Shown here: positions 1 to 9,215 of the stretch, piece by piece | How the letters are laid out: every line of letters begins with the position of its first letter | How positions within the stretch are numbered: the first letter of the stretch is position 1 | Source of the DNA: Candidatus Parcubacteria bacterium | Lineage (GTDB): Bacteria; Patescibacteriota; Patescibacteriia; Patescibacteriales; UBA12075 | Assembly (NCBI GenBank): GCA_002869165.1 | Contig: PKTK01000001.1 | Location: 93,006 to 157,005, forward strand | Length of the DNA: 64,000 nt | Direction: 5' to 3' | Notes under the pieces: model-generated | The model's database searches: none | What the model was told of the DNA's origin: nothing | What the model saw: the letters and a program-made list of their open reading frames with translations, nothing else | Position numbers and translations under genes: made by a program

Positions 1-707
1 AAGCCCAAAAAAATAAATATAGAAAAATATGTGAGAAATTAGACTTGCAAACAAAAGACCATGTGCTTGAGATAGGTAGTGGTTGGGGAGGGTTTTCTAT
101 GTATGCTGCTAGTCACTATGGATGTAAAATTACAACTGTGACTATCTCAGAAGAACAATATAGTTATGCAAAAGAAAAAATTGAGTCAGCTGGTTTGAGC
201 GATAAGATAGAGATTTTGTTAAAAGATTACCGAGATTTAGACGGAAAATATGACAAACTGGTGTCTATAGAGATGATGGAGGCATTGGGACATGAGTATT
301 TGGGTAAGTTTATAGGGAAGTGTAATGAAGTTTTAAAGTCAGGTGCACACGCAGTTCTTCAGTTTATTACATATCCAGATCAGGACTTTGATGAATATTT
401 GAAAAACAATAATTACATAAAAAAATATATTTTTCCCGGAGGTGAGCTGATATCATTTGGTCGCTTCAAAAAATTAATTGAAAAATCAGAATCATTTTAT
501 ATTAAGTCTAAAGAAAGCATAGGGAATGATTATGCCAAGACGCTTGAGATTTGGGCAAATAATTTTTGCAAGAAAAGAAAAGAGATTTTTAGTTTGGGTT
601 TTGATGAAAAGTTTTTCTTGATGTGGTTGTATTATTTTAAGTATTGTGAGGCTGGTTTTGCAACAGGATATCTTGATGATTTGCAAGTAAAAATATTAAA
701 AAAATAA
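1..707 (+). CDS. cfa: Cyclopropane-fatty-acyl-phospholipid synthase family SAM-dependent methyltransferase, 5'-truncated by window edge
   Basis: Frame 3 is open from position 3 (AQKNKYRKICEKLDLQTKDHVLEIGSGWGG...), so the TTG at 45 is internal. SAM-binding motif LEIGSGWGG and C-terminal YLxYCEAGF are typical of the Cfa family. Confidence 0.85.
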   Translation, partial: AQKNKYRKICEKLDLQTKDHVLEIGSGWGGFSMYAASHYGCKITTVTISEEQYSYAKEKIESAGLSDKIEILLKDYRDLDGKYDKLVSIEMMEALGHEYLGKFIGKCNEVLKSGAHAVLQFITYPDQDFDEYLKNNNYIKKYIFPGGELISFGRFKKLIEKSESFYIKSKESIGNDYAKTLEIWANNFCKKRKEIFSLGFDEKFFLMWLYYFKYCEAGFATGYLDDLQVKILKK

Positions 708-729
708 GTGTTCAATTTTTTTATCAAAA

Positions 730-758
730 AACAACCTTAGATAAGGTTGTTTTTTTTG
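730..758. terminator. Bidirectional rho-independent terminator between convergent cfa and rhodanese genes
   Basis: aacaacctta/taaggttgtt inverted repeat followed by a T-run (A-run on the other side). Confidence 0.7.
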
Positions 759-765
759 TTGAAAG

Positions 766-1263
766 TTATTTCTCAATTTCATAACCAGCTGCTTCCCAAG
801 CGGGGTAGTCACCATCTAGGCGATATACTTTTTCAAAACCAGCATCAATTAGTTTTTGTGCTCCTGCTCGAGAGACGCTTTCTACATGACAATATACTAA
901 ATAGGTTTTGTTCTTATCAAGATTAGGAATAGCTTCATCCAAAGACCCATCACCAAGATAGTAATTTACCGCCCCGGGTAGATGTCCATTGCCATAACTG
1001 GGAGAAACATCTATTATGATTAGATCGCTATTTGAGTCTATTAGCTCTTTGGTATCAGCCGGACTTAGATCAGTATACTTTAGTGTTTCCTCAGAATCCA
1101 TTTCATTATCTATCATCTCATTATTATCCATCATCTCATCATAATTCATCATGTTTTGTTCTGGTATATTTTCATTAGTAGGTGTTTCTGACACTTTATT
1201 TTGAGTACAAGCATTAGCCATTAAGACGATACTAAAAGTTAGAAATATATACTTTAGTTTCAT
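766..1263 (-). CDS. Secreted rhodanese-domain sulfurtransferase-like protein with Met/Asp/Glu-rich linker
   Basis: N-terminal signal peptide ending ...LMANAC. Linker is NMMNYDEMMDNNEMIDNEMDSEE. C-terminal rhodanese fold: IIDVSP..GHLPGAVNY..VYCHVESVSRAGAQKL..VYRLDGDYPAWEAAGY. Confidence 0.75.
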   Translation of the reverse strand: MKLKYIFLTFSIVLMANACTQNKVSETPTNENIPEQNMMNYDEMMDNNEMIDNEMDSEETLKYTDLSPADTKELIDSNSDLIIIDVSPSYGNGHLPGAVNYYLGDGSLDEAIPNLDKNKTYLVYCHVESVSRAGAQKLIDAGFEKVYRLDGDYPAWEAAGYEIEK

Positions 1264-1359
1264 AGTTTTTATTTTTAATTGTTTATATTGTTATATTAAT
1301 ATGGAAAAATTAATATAATATTAATAAAATAGTAATATTATTAAAATAAAGGAAAAAAT

Positions 1360-1725
1360 ATGAAATATAAGGAAGTTTTTAAAGTGATATGGTTACCTGT
1401 AGTTTTTTCTTCACTTTGTTGCCTTTCTCCATTATTACTTGTAATATTTGGACTAAGTACAGTGAGCTTCGCTGCCTCCTTGGCTGATGAATTGTATGGA
1501 GATTATAAATGGTTTTTTAGGATTCTTGGTTTAGGATTACTAGGAATTACTCTCATTATATACTTTCGTAAACAAAAGGGTATTTGTACTCTTGATCAAG
1601 CGAAAAGAAGAAAAAATGAAATTATCAATTTTATTTTAGTGTCTTTGATTGTTGCGGTTTTGGCATATATTTTTTGGCTCTATGTTGTAGTTGAAATAAT
1701 AGGTAAATTATATCACATTTGGTAA
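1360..1725 (+). CDS. Small polytopic membrane protein with MerT-like vicinal Cys pair in TM1
   Basis: Three hydrophobic helices. SSLCCLSP lies in the first helix, with a further Cys (KGICTLD) in a loop. The gene ends 4 nt before msrAB. Confidence 0.6.
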   Translation: MKYKEVFKVIWLPVVFSSLCCLSPLLLVIFGLSTVSFAASLADELYGDYKWFFRILGLGLLGITLIIYFRKQKGICTLDQAKRRKNEIINFILVSLIVAVLAYIFWLYVVVEIIGKLYHIW

Positions 1726-1729
1726 ATTT

Positions 1730-2812
1730 ATGAACAAGAATAAATTGATTATTGTATTACTTTTTTTGGCGTTATTGATATTAATTATTAGTATTATGTT
1801 ACCCGGAAAATTAAAACCAACTAAAGATCTTAGAGGGCTATCAGTGGCAACTTTTGCTGGTGGTTGCTTTTGGTGCGTGGAAGCTGATTTTGAAAAAGTA
1901 AAAGGAGTTGAGGAGGTTATTTCTGGTTATACGGGAGGAGAAGTGGAAAATCCTGAATACAAGGAGGTGAGCTCTGGAACAACAGGGCACAGGGAGGCTG
2001 TTCAAGTTTTTTATAATAGCGAAGAAGTTTCTTATAGAGAACTAGTTCAGTATTTTTTTCAACATATTGATCCAACTGATGCAGGAGGATCTTTTCATGA
2101 TCGAGGTCTGCAGTACTCTTCAGCAATTTTTTATTCCAATGAAGAAGAAAAACAGATCGCTTTAGAGGAGAAAGATAAATTAGAAAATTCTTCGGTTTTT
2201 GAAAAAGAGATTACTACAGAGGTATTGGCATTGGATAAGTTTTATAATGCTGAAGATTATCATCAGGACTATCACGACCGTAATTCTTTAAAATATAATT
2301 TTTATAGAAAAGGTTCTGGTAGAGATAGCTTTATTGATAAAAATTGGCAAAAAGACAGAAAAGAGGTAAAAGAGTATTATGAGAAAATTGGTGAGTATGA
2401 CCTGAGTAAATTGAACCCTCTACAATACAAAGTAACTCAGGAGGAGGGCACAGAACCTGCTTTTGAAAATGAGTATTGGGACGAAAAGCGAGACGGTATT
2501 TATGTTGATGTTGTTTCAGGTCAAGCTTTGTTTTCTTCACTGGACAAGTATGATTCAGGAACCGGTTGGCCAAGTTTTACTAAGCCAATATCTGAAAGTA
2601 GTGTAGTAGAAAGGGAGGATAATGGTTTGTTTTTAAAACGAACTGAAATTAGAAGCTCTGAAGCTGATTCACATCTTGGGCATGTGTTTAATGATGGGCC
2701 AGATCCAAGTGGTCTACGTTATTGCATGAATTCAGCAGCCCTTAGATTTATTCCTAAAGAGAAGATGGAAGAAGAAGGCTACAGTAATTTTTTGGGATTA
2801 TTTGATAATTAG
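1730..2812 (+). CDS. msrAB: Bifunctional peptide methionine sulfoxide reductase MsrA-MsrB with N-terminal membrane anchor
   Basis: MsrA motif [11 protein letters not shown]. MsrB motifs GTGWPSF and [12 protein letters not shown]-terminal hydrophobic segment [19 protein letters not shown]. Confidence 0.9.
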   Translation: MNKNKLIIVLLFLALLILIISIMLPGKLKPTKDLRGLSVATFAGGCFWCVEADFEKVKGVEEVISGYTGGEVENPEYKEVSSGTTGHREAVQVFYNSEEVSYRELVQYFFQHIDPTDAGGSFHDRGLQYSSAIFYSNEEEKQIALEEKDKLENSSVFEKEITTEVLALDKFYNAEDYHQDYHDRNSLKYNFYRKGSGRDSFIDKNWQKDRKEVKEYYEKIGEYDLSKLNPLQYKVTQEEGTEPAFENEYWDEKRDGIYVDVVSGQALFSSLDKYDSGTGWPSFTKPISESSVVEREDNGLFLKRTEIRSSEADSHLGHVFNDGPDPSGLRYCMNSAALRFIPKEKMEEEGYSNFLGLFDN

Positions 2813-2835
2813 ATAATAATTAAATTGTAAAATCT

Positions 2836-3489
2836 ATGAATGATATTAAACAAAAAGATTCGTTACTAGCATTACGGATAGCCTACGCTGTTTGGATACT
2901 AATAGCGCCCTTTGGAATATTGTATGTTCCGGGAAAATTGTTTTCTGGAACCGCTACTGAAGTTGCTCAAAATATTTTAGAGCATCAGTGGATGCTGAAA
3001 CTCGGGGCAGTATCACAGCTAGTGTCATATTTAATATATATGATCGTGGTAATACTTTTTTATTACTTTTTTAAATCAGTAAGCAAAAGATGTGTTATTA
3101 ATCTAGCTATATTCTCCTTGGTCTCTATTCCAATTTCTATGCTTGGCGTACTTGGTTGGTATGTTGCTTTGTCATTAGCTGGAACCAATAATGATCTTAT
3201 GATGATTGCTCTTGATTTCTCAGAAAAGGGAATGTATTTAGCTTCAATATTTTGGGGTTTATGGTTGTTGCCCCTGGCTAGTTTAACAAAAATGTCAGGT
3301 TATTTTCCAAGTTTTATAAGTATTGCACTACGTATAGGGGCGATTGGTTATTTATTGGGCGCTTTTTCTCAGTTTTTGTTTGAAAACGTGGATAACTACA
3401 TGCAAGTATTTGATTTATTAACCATGGGAGAGACTGTGTTTGTACTTTGGTTAGTGTTCATGGGAGCTAAATTGCCAAAAGAAAATTAA
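2836..3489 (+). CDS. Polytopic membrane protein, DUF4386-like
   Basis: About six hydrophobic helices. The N-terminal pattern (LRIAYAVWILIAPFGILYVPGKLF..ATEVAQNI) resembles DUF4386; assignment from memory only. Confidence 0.5.
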   Translation: MNDIKQKDSLLALRIAYAVWILIAPFGILYVPGKLFSGTATEVAQNILEHQWMLKLGAVSQLVSYLIYMIVVILFYYFFKSVSKRCVINLAIFSLVSIPISMLGVLGWYVALSLAGTNNDLMMIALDFSEKGMYLASIFWGLWLLPLASLTKMSGYFPSFISIALRIGAIGYLLGAFSQFLFENVDNYMQVFDLLTMGETVFVLWLVFMGAKLPKEN

Positions 3490-3611
3490 TAAAATCTTAT
3501 AATTATATAAGTAAAAGTTCAACACAAAAGAGTTGAGTTTTTGTTTTTTTTAAAAAGTGTGAGATAATATGTGGGAAAGAAAATATAATTAATAGATAAT
3601 TATTAGAAATT

Positions 3612-4541
3612 ATGAAAAAATTTACATTTATATTTTTAATCCCATTGCTCTTTTTGACCGCTTGCATTGATCTTTCGAGTAGCTCTTACAAAGATGCTAA
3701 TCCGGAGGATAAAGCTAAGTATGATGAGGCACTGACTGCTAAAAATGTTGATATGTGTTCTGAAATTGCTTCTGGGGAATTGGAAAACGAATGTGTATCC
3801 AAGATTGCTCGAGCGGTCAAGGACCCGGCCGTGTGTGAAAAGAGTACCAACAAAGAGGAACAGGATTATTGCGTGAAAGATTTGGCTGAAAAAGTAAATG
3901 ATGCTTCGATGTGCAGTGGTATCAAGGATAATAACAAAAAAGATAATTGCTATGGAAATATAGCCGCTGATTTGAATGATTATGATTTGTGTGAAGAGGT
4001 CAAAGATCAGTCGATTCGTGATAATTGTTATCAGCACTCTAGCGACCAGGCAACCGACAATAAAGTATGCGATCGGATCAAGGATGACTACAAAGGCCGT
4101 GATCAGTGTCGTCTGAACGTTGCTCGGAACACCGACAACATTGAAGCTTGTGCAGGTATAGAACAACAAAGTTATCGTGATACTTGTTACAATGATATTG
4201 CCAAGAAAAAAGGAGACCATACACTTTGTTTAAAAATGACAAACCTGGGGGCAAAAGATTCATGTTTGGACACAATCGCAGCGGCAACCGACAACCCCGA
4301 AGCCTGTGTTCGAATTTCAGCTGTAGGCAAACAAGAAAATTGCTTGAAGTTTCGTGCTTTGTCCGAACATAGTTATGATATATGTGATATGAATAGGGAA
4401 GAGGAAGGCCGAGACCGATGTGTAGACGAAGTGTTGGAGAGTTGCCGGATGTTGAGAGACAGTGCTTATGCCGACTTGCCACATGATTGCCAGAGCGATG
4501 ATATACTTACAAATAGATCACGGCCAGAAGACGCAGAATGA
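3612..4541 (+). CDS. Lipoprotein built from ~26-aa two-cysteine repeats
   Basis: Canonical lipobox LFLTAC. About 9 repeats of D..xCxxIxxxxxxxxCyxxiAxxxxD with Cys spacing alternating ~12/14. Paralog of 45207..46529. Confidence 0.7.
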   Translation: MKKFTFIFLIPLLFLTACIDLSSSSYKDANPEDKAKYDEALTAKNVDMCSEIASGELENECVSKIARAVKDPAVCEKSTNKEEQDYCVKDLAEKVNDASMCSGIKDNNKKDNCYGNIAADLNDYDLCEEVKDQSIRDNCYQHSSDQATDNKVCDRIKDDYKGRDQCRLNVARNTDNIEACAGIEQQSYRDTCYNDIAKKKGDHTLCLKMTNLGAKDSCLDTIAAATDNPEACVRISAVGKQENCLKFRALSEHSYDICDMNREEEGRDRCVDEVLESCRMLRDSAYADLPHDCQSDDILTNRSRPEDAE

Positions 4542-4608
4542 TTTTTTTATAAAACAAAAGAATTTTTCGTAAATACATATTATAAAAATAACAATTTAAT
4601 AAAAAAAT

Positions 4609-4983
4609 ATGAAACTATTAGATGAATTTAAGTCCTTTGCCATAAAAGGTAATGTGCTTGACTTGGCAGTTGCTGTGGTTATCGGGGCTGCTTTTGGAAA
4701 AATTGTCAGTTCTTTTGTAGCTGATATTATTACTCCATTACTCGGAGTATTGACTGGAGGACTCGACTACTCAGGTCTTCAGTATCAAGTAGGAGATGCG
4801 GTAGTAACTTACGGCGTGTTTATTCAATCAGTTATAGATTTTTTTGTCATTGCTTTTGCTATTTTCTTGGTAGTCAAACAGGTTAATAGATTTAAGAAAA
4901 AAGAAGAAATAAAAGAAGAGTCAAAACCAAGCAATGAAGAATTGTTGTTAAAAGAGATCAGGGATGAACTGAGAAAAAGATAA
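4609..4983 (+). CDS. mscL: Large-conductance mechanosensitive channel
   Basis: N-terminus FKSFAIKGNVLDLAVAVVIGAAFGKIVSSFVADIITPLLG is the MscL signature; size is 124 aa. Confidence 0.9.
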   Translation: MKLLDEFKSFAIKGNVLDLAVAVVIGAAFGKIVSSFVADIITPLLGVLTGGLDYSGLQYQVGDAVVTYGVFIQSVIDFFVIAFAIFLVVKQVNRFKKKEEIKEESKPSNEELLLKEIRDELRKR

Positions 4984-5113
4984 CAAGACCCTAGATAAAA
5001 GGCGTATATTTTAAGATATATATTTTGTTTTTGTATCGATGATTTTTGTGTTTAAATTGCTATCTTTGATGATATTTAGTATAATGTAAGCATAAAAATA
5101 ACTAAGAAAATAC

Positions 5114-5764
5114 ATGAAGGACATGGAAAAATTGCAAAATAAATCCGGTCAGTGGCTTTTTAAAAAAGTTGAGGATAAAAGCAAGGAATATCTTATTCCT
5201 AAGATACCGTCTTTTATTGAAACTTACCATCTAACTTTCTTAACCTTGCTTTGGAGTGCGGGGATGTTCCTTTCTTTTTACTTTGCAAAACAAAATGATA
5301 TTTTTCTTTGGCTAGTTCCACTTTTTGTTATACTGCAGTATATAAGCGATACATTAGATGGAGCTCTAGGTAGATATAGAAACACTGGCTTGGTTGGCTG
5401 GGGTTATTATGTTGATCATTTTTTAGATTTTGTTTTTATGACCTCTATTATTTTGGGATATGGACTGGTGATTGGATTCAGTTTTTGGGTTCTTATAGTT
5501 TACGCTTTGATTAGCGCCTTTATGGTGCATTCTTTTCTGTTAGTTAGCACCTTGAATAATTTCCATATTAGTTTTCTTGGTATAGGTCCTACGGAAAGCC
5601 GGCTTTTATTTATTATTTTTCATATTATAATAATCTATAAAAACATCTTTGTTTTAAATAGTCTAATTCCATATTTAACTGTTGTGCTTACTATTGGGTT
5701 AATTTGGGTTTCTGTTTTAGCTCAAGTAAACTTATGGCGGACTGATATGGAAAACAAAAAATAA
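5114..5764 (+). CDS. CDP-alcohol phosphatidyltransferase family protein
   Basis: Motif DTLDGALGRYR...GYYVDHFLD matches D-G-x2-A/G-R...G-x3-D-x3-D. Polytopic membrane protein. Confidence 0.8.
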   Translation: MKDMEKLQNKSGQWLFKKVEDKSKEYLIPKIPSFIETYHLTFLTLLWSAGMFLSFYFAKQNDIFLWLVPLFVILQYISDTLDGALGRYRNTGLVGWGYYVDHFLDFVFMTSIILGYGLVIGFSFWVLIVYALISAFMVHSFLLVSTLNNFHISFLGIGPTESRLLFIIFHIIIIYKNIFVLNSLIPYLTVVLTIGLIWVSVLAQVNLWRTDMENKK

Positions 5765-5766
5765 TT

Positions 5767-7482
5767 ATGAATTTTTGGGTATGTATTATATTTTCAACTA
5801 TTCTTCTCATTGCTACCGTGGCAGTCTTTGCTATGAGAATATTTTTTCCATATCACAGGATTGTGGCTTTGATAATTTATGGAATTGGTTGGATTCCTTT
5901 TTTGTATTCTATTTCATTACGAAAGAAATGGATACTTTCTTATTCAGGTACTGTGTCCAATTATCTCTCGGCATTTTGGATTCATATTCTCTTCGGTCTT
6001 TTAATGATTTTGTCTTTATATATTTTTCTTGTGCTATTTCCGCCAGTAAAGTCGCCTTTCTTTGGTATGAGTGACGAGAGTATTGATAAACAAATAGAGC
6101 AGGACTCGCTAGTTTTGTTGTATTTGGATGAGAGGCTATCTAGTGAATTTGAACGGATAGAATCTAAGGGAATATTTTCTTCTGACTTCGAAACACTATC
6201 AAAGGAGCAAAAAGAGGAGATAAGGGGTTTTTGGTTTTCTTTTGTCGAGCTTATATTGGAACTTGATATTGTAAAAAATAAATATAAAACTTTTTATCAG
6301 CTAAATACTGTAACAAAGAAAGATTTGCATAAAAAGGCCTTTGTTAATGGGTATGCAGCTCTTTTGTCACAGCATTATCATACAATGTTACTAGCTGAGG
6401 CTGTACAGGACACCAATCTAATGACATTTTTAAATGACAAATATCCTGAGCAGGGCCTTAGTGGAGGTACCTTTGATATGTTGAAAAATAAAGTAGTTGA
6501 TAGTGATGAAATATTGAAATTAAACACTGGTAGGGTTTATTATTTATCATTAGGCTCGAACGAGTCAGAAATGGATCAATTAATTAAAGAGAGAATAAAA
6601 AAACTTGATGCTTATTTTTCTTCTTACTCTGAATTAATTGCAAAAAAACCTTTGAATTTTTTAGAGAAAAGGTCTTTCAAGTTCTGGTTCCCGATTCAAA
6701 AGGAAGTTGCCAAACAGTTAAGTCATATCAATACTTCTACCAGGGATTATCATATTAATTTGGATCAGATTCATGAATACAAAGATAGGTTTTTGCCAGG
6801 GGATATATTACTTGAACGTAGAGAGTGGCATGCGACCAATGTTGGCATACCCGGTTTCTGGACGCACGCAGCCTTGTATATCAGTAGTCTAGAGGAGATG
6901 AACGCTTATTTTAAGGATTTACCAGAGTTAAATGGCAAATCTTTTGGTGAATATATAAAAGAAATTTATCCAGAAATTTTTAATAAAATACAGGAAAAGG
7001 ATGACGGTGGTTATGATATGGCTATCATTGAATCAAAGCGCCCTGGAGTAATATTTATGTCGCTTGAAGAATCTGCTAAAACAGACTCTTTGACGGTTTT
7101 GCGGGTAAAAAATCTCAGTACAGCAGATAGGCTAAAAGTCGTTTTGCAGGCCATGAGCCATTTTGGAAAATCATATGATTATGACTTTGATTTTAGTACA
7201 GATTCATCTTTGGTTTGTTCTGAACTAGTTTATAAGTCTTTTTCTGGAATTGATAAATTGAATTTGCCGCTGAGCAAACTTAATGGTCGTTTGATGTTGT
7301 CACCAAATGAAATTGCCCAAAAATTCAGCAACGAATTTCAATCTGAAGACTCAGAGATGGAACTAGTTTTATTTTTGGATGGAAATGAAAAGAAAAAGAT
7401 TGCAGTTGAGAAAAATGAAAATGATTTTGCTACTTCTTGGGAAAGACCAAAATGGTATATCGTCACGGATTATACAAATTAG
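5767..7482 (+). CDS. Membrane-anchored protein with C-terminal YiiX/YaeF-type permuted papain-fold (NlpC/P60 superfamily) domain
   Basis: Three N-terminal TM helices. The C-terminus aligns by eye to E. coli YiiX: PGDILLER..FWTHAALYI..IESKRPGV..LRVKNLS..FGKSYDYDFDF..SLVCSELVYKSF. Starts 2 nt after the preceding gene. Confidence 0.7.
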   Translation: MNFWVCIIFSTILLIATVAVFAMRIFFPYHRIVALIIYGIGWIPFLYSISLRKKWILSYSGTVSNYLSAFWIHILFGLLMILSLYIFLVLFPPVKSPFFGMSDESIDKQIEQDSLVLLYLDERLSSEFERIESKGIFSSDFETLSKEQKEEIRGFWFSFVELILELDIVKNKYKTFYQLNTVTKKDLHKKAFVNGYAALLSQHYHTMLLAEAVQDTNLMTFLNDKYPEQGLSGGTFDMLKNKVVDSDEILKLNTGRVYYLSLGSNESEMDQLIKERIKKLDAYFSSYSELIAKKPLNFLEKRSFKFWFPIQKEVAKQLSHINTSTRDYHINLDQIHEYKDRFLPGDILLERREWHATNVGIPGFWTHAALYISSLEEMNAYFKDLPELNGKSFGEYIKEIYPEIFNKIQEKDDGGYDMAIIESKRPGVIFMSLEESAKTDSLTVLRVKNLSTADRLKVVLQAMSHFGKSYDYDFDFSTDSSLVCSELVYKSFSGIDKLNLPLSKLNGRLMLSPNEIAQKFSNEFQSEDSEMELVLFLDGNEKKKIAVEKNENDFATSWERPKWYIVTDYTN

Positions 7483-7722
7483 CACAGAGATAATTGAGTG
7501 AGAACATATTAATTTATAGTATAGAAAAATCGTTTTAGTGTTACTGTGTTTCTGTATCTTGTTTTGAAGATTGTTATTTTAATTCCTTTTCTTGGATTTC
7601 TGATGGTGACGCTTTTGGTTTTGTTGAGCTATGGAGGGCTGATTAACCAAAAATATGAATTATTAAAAATAATAAATAAATAATATTTTAACAAAGTTAT
7701 ATATTAAAAAACAAAAAATATT

Positions 7723-7878
7723 ATGTTGCACGTAAATGACAAAAGTTCTTGGGCAATTGGCGGAAGCTTAATAGTTGGCTTGGGAGTGGGCTTGTTTTTT
7801 CTTCCTAATGCTCTTGCCTTCATAGGAAGTCTTTTAATTGGGCTAGGTCTTGGGCTAGTGATTTCTTCTTTAGTGTAA
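7723..7878 (+). CDS. Small (51 aa) Gly/Leu-rich membrane protein
   Basis: ATG-initiated ORF below the track threshold: MLHVNDKSSWAIGGSLIVGLGVGLFFLPNALAFIGSLLIGLGLGLVISSLV. Two hydrophobic helices. Confidence 0.35.
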   Translation: MLHVNDKSSWAIGGSLIVGLGVGLFFLPNALAFIGSLLIGLGLGLVISSLV

Positions 7879-7903
7879 AAAGTGAAATAATTTTAAAAAA
7901 TAT

Positions 7904-8098
7904 ATGGAAAATAATACATTAATCCCAGGAATTATTTTATTGATTTTTGGTTTGGTATTTTTTTACAACAACCATAAAATTGCCAAAGGAGCAGCTAAAT
8001 TTTATCAAAAAATTTATCAAGAAAAAAACCTGCTAGTTATTTTCAAAATTGTTGGTGTAATTTTGGTGATAGGGGGTATTATTTTGATATTTTTTTAA
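7904..8098 (+). CDS. Small (64 aa) two-helix membrane protein
   Basis: ORF with two hydrophobic segments; no recognisable family. Confidence 0.4.
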   Translation: MENNTLIPGIILLIFGLVFFYNNHKIAKGAAKFYQKIYQEKNLLVIFKIVGVILVIGGIILIFF

Positions 8099-8216
8099 AT
8101 AAAATAAGATTTATACAAAGACAAGTTGATTTAATTATTGTAAAAATGAACAATTATAAATAATAATTAAAAAAATACAATAAATAATCTATTGATATTT
8201 ATTGTATAAAAAAATT

Positions 8217-8432
8217 ATGGCAAATTGTGAATGTTTAGAAAAATGTCCTTTTTTTAATGACAAAATGGCCGATAATGACGGCCTGTGTAGCATGTATAAG
8301 ACAAAATTCTGCCAAGGAGATTTTGCGGGTTGCGCTCGCTACATGATTTTTAAAAAACTAGGAAAAGAAAGTGTTCCAAAAGATCTTTATCCAAATATGA
8401 CAGAACGCGCACAAAAAATTCTGGCTGTATAA
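8217..8432 (+). CDS. Small cysteine-rich protein (6 Cys), possible metal/cluster binding
   Basis: MANCECLEKCPFF...CSMYKTKFCQGDFAGCARY. ATG at 8217 is preferred over the upstream TTG at 8202. Followed by a strong hairpin. Confidence 0.55.
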   Translation: MANCECLEKCPFFNDKMADNDGLCSMYKTKFCQGDFAGCARYMIFKKLGKESVPKDLYPNMTERAQKILAV

Positions 8433-8474
8433 TTAATATTTTTTAATTAGATTATAAAAAAAACTAGTTTTTCT

Positions 8475-8516
8475 ATATCAAAAAACAACTTCATATTTTG
8501 AGTTGTTTTTTGATAT
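8475..8516 (+). terminator. Long hairpin / terminator
   Basis: Perfect 16-bp stem atatcaaaaaacaact / agttgttttttgatat with a 10-nt loop. Confidence 0.65.
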
Positions 8517-8578
8517 AAAATTTTTTAAATAGCTTTAAAAATGCTATAATATAATTAATATATTATTTAAAAAAATTT

Positions 8579-9205
8579 ATGAAAAATTTTATATTTTTAC
8601 CTAGCATTATAATCTTATCTTTAATGTTTATTCCGCTTGTGTCTTTTGCTCAAGGCACTCAAAATGGTGTTCATGAAGCAGGTACAGGATTGAAAAATCC
8701 TGAGCTAAAAGAAACTAAGCAGGGAAGTAGTCAAGGAAAGCAAGAACAGAATTCACAAGGCAGGGGAGGTAATAATGCTAGTGATATGGCCACTCAAAGA
8801 AGGAGCAAGGTTTCTAATGCTGTTCAGGAAATGCTTCAGGTTGCTGAGCGTAATCAGGGGGTCGGGAAACAGATCAGAACCATTGCTCAAAATCAGAATC
8901 AAAATCAAAGTGAGATCGAGTCCACATTGGAAAACGTAAAGAACAGGGGAAGGTTAAAAAAATTTTTCTTTGGCCCTAATTATAAATATCTAAATTTAGC
9001 TGAAGGGAAGCTAGCTACTCACGAAGAAAAATTAGCAGAACTCAAAGAATTAGCATCCAAGATTACTAATGAAGAAGATAGACAAATTTTAGAAGAGCAA
9101 ATCGCTGTCATGGAAGAAGTTTCTAAAGAATTGGGAGAGGAGATAGTAGCTCAAGGCAAGGGTTTTAGTCTTTTTGGCTGGTTGAATAAAATATTATCGA
9201 AGTAA
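8579..9205 (+). CDS. Secreted coiled-coil protein, unknown function
   Basis: Signal peptide (FIFLPSIIILSLMFIPLVSFA/QG), Q/N/G-rich region, coiled-coil C-terminus. tgctataat extended -10 upstream at ~8544. Confidence 0.6.
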   Translation: MKNFIFLPSIIILSLMFIPLVSFAQGTQNGVHEAGTGLKNPELKETKQGSSQGKQEQNSQGRGGNNASDMATQRRSKVSNAVQEMLQVAERNQGVGKQIRTIAQNQNQNQSEIESTLENVKNRGRLKKFFFGPNYKYLNLAEGKLATHEEKLAELKELASKITNEEDRQILEEQIAVMEEVSKELGEEIVAQGKGFSLFGWLNKILSK

Positions 9206-9215
9206 CTGTAATAAA

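Noticed and set aside
5775-6074. 99-aa alternate-frame ORF at the start of the YiiX-domain gene, and 17206-17427 inside the hemerythrin gene.
   Set aside because: Both are same-strand overlaps entirely within ORFs that carry clear family motifs, and neither has an independent signal.
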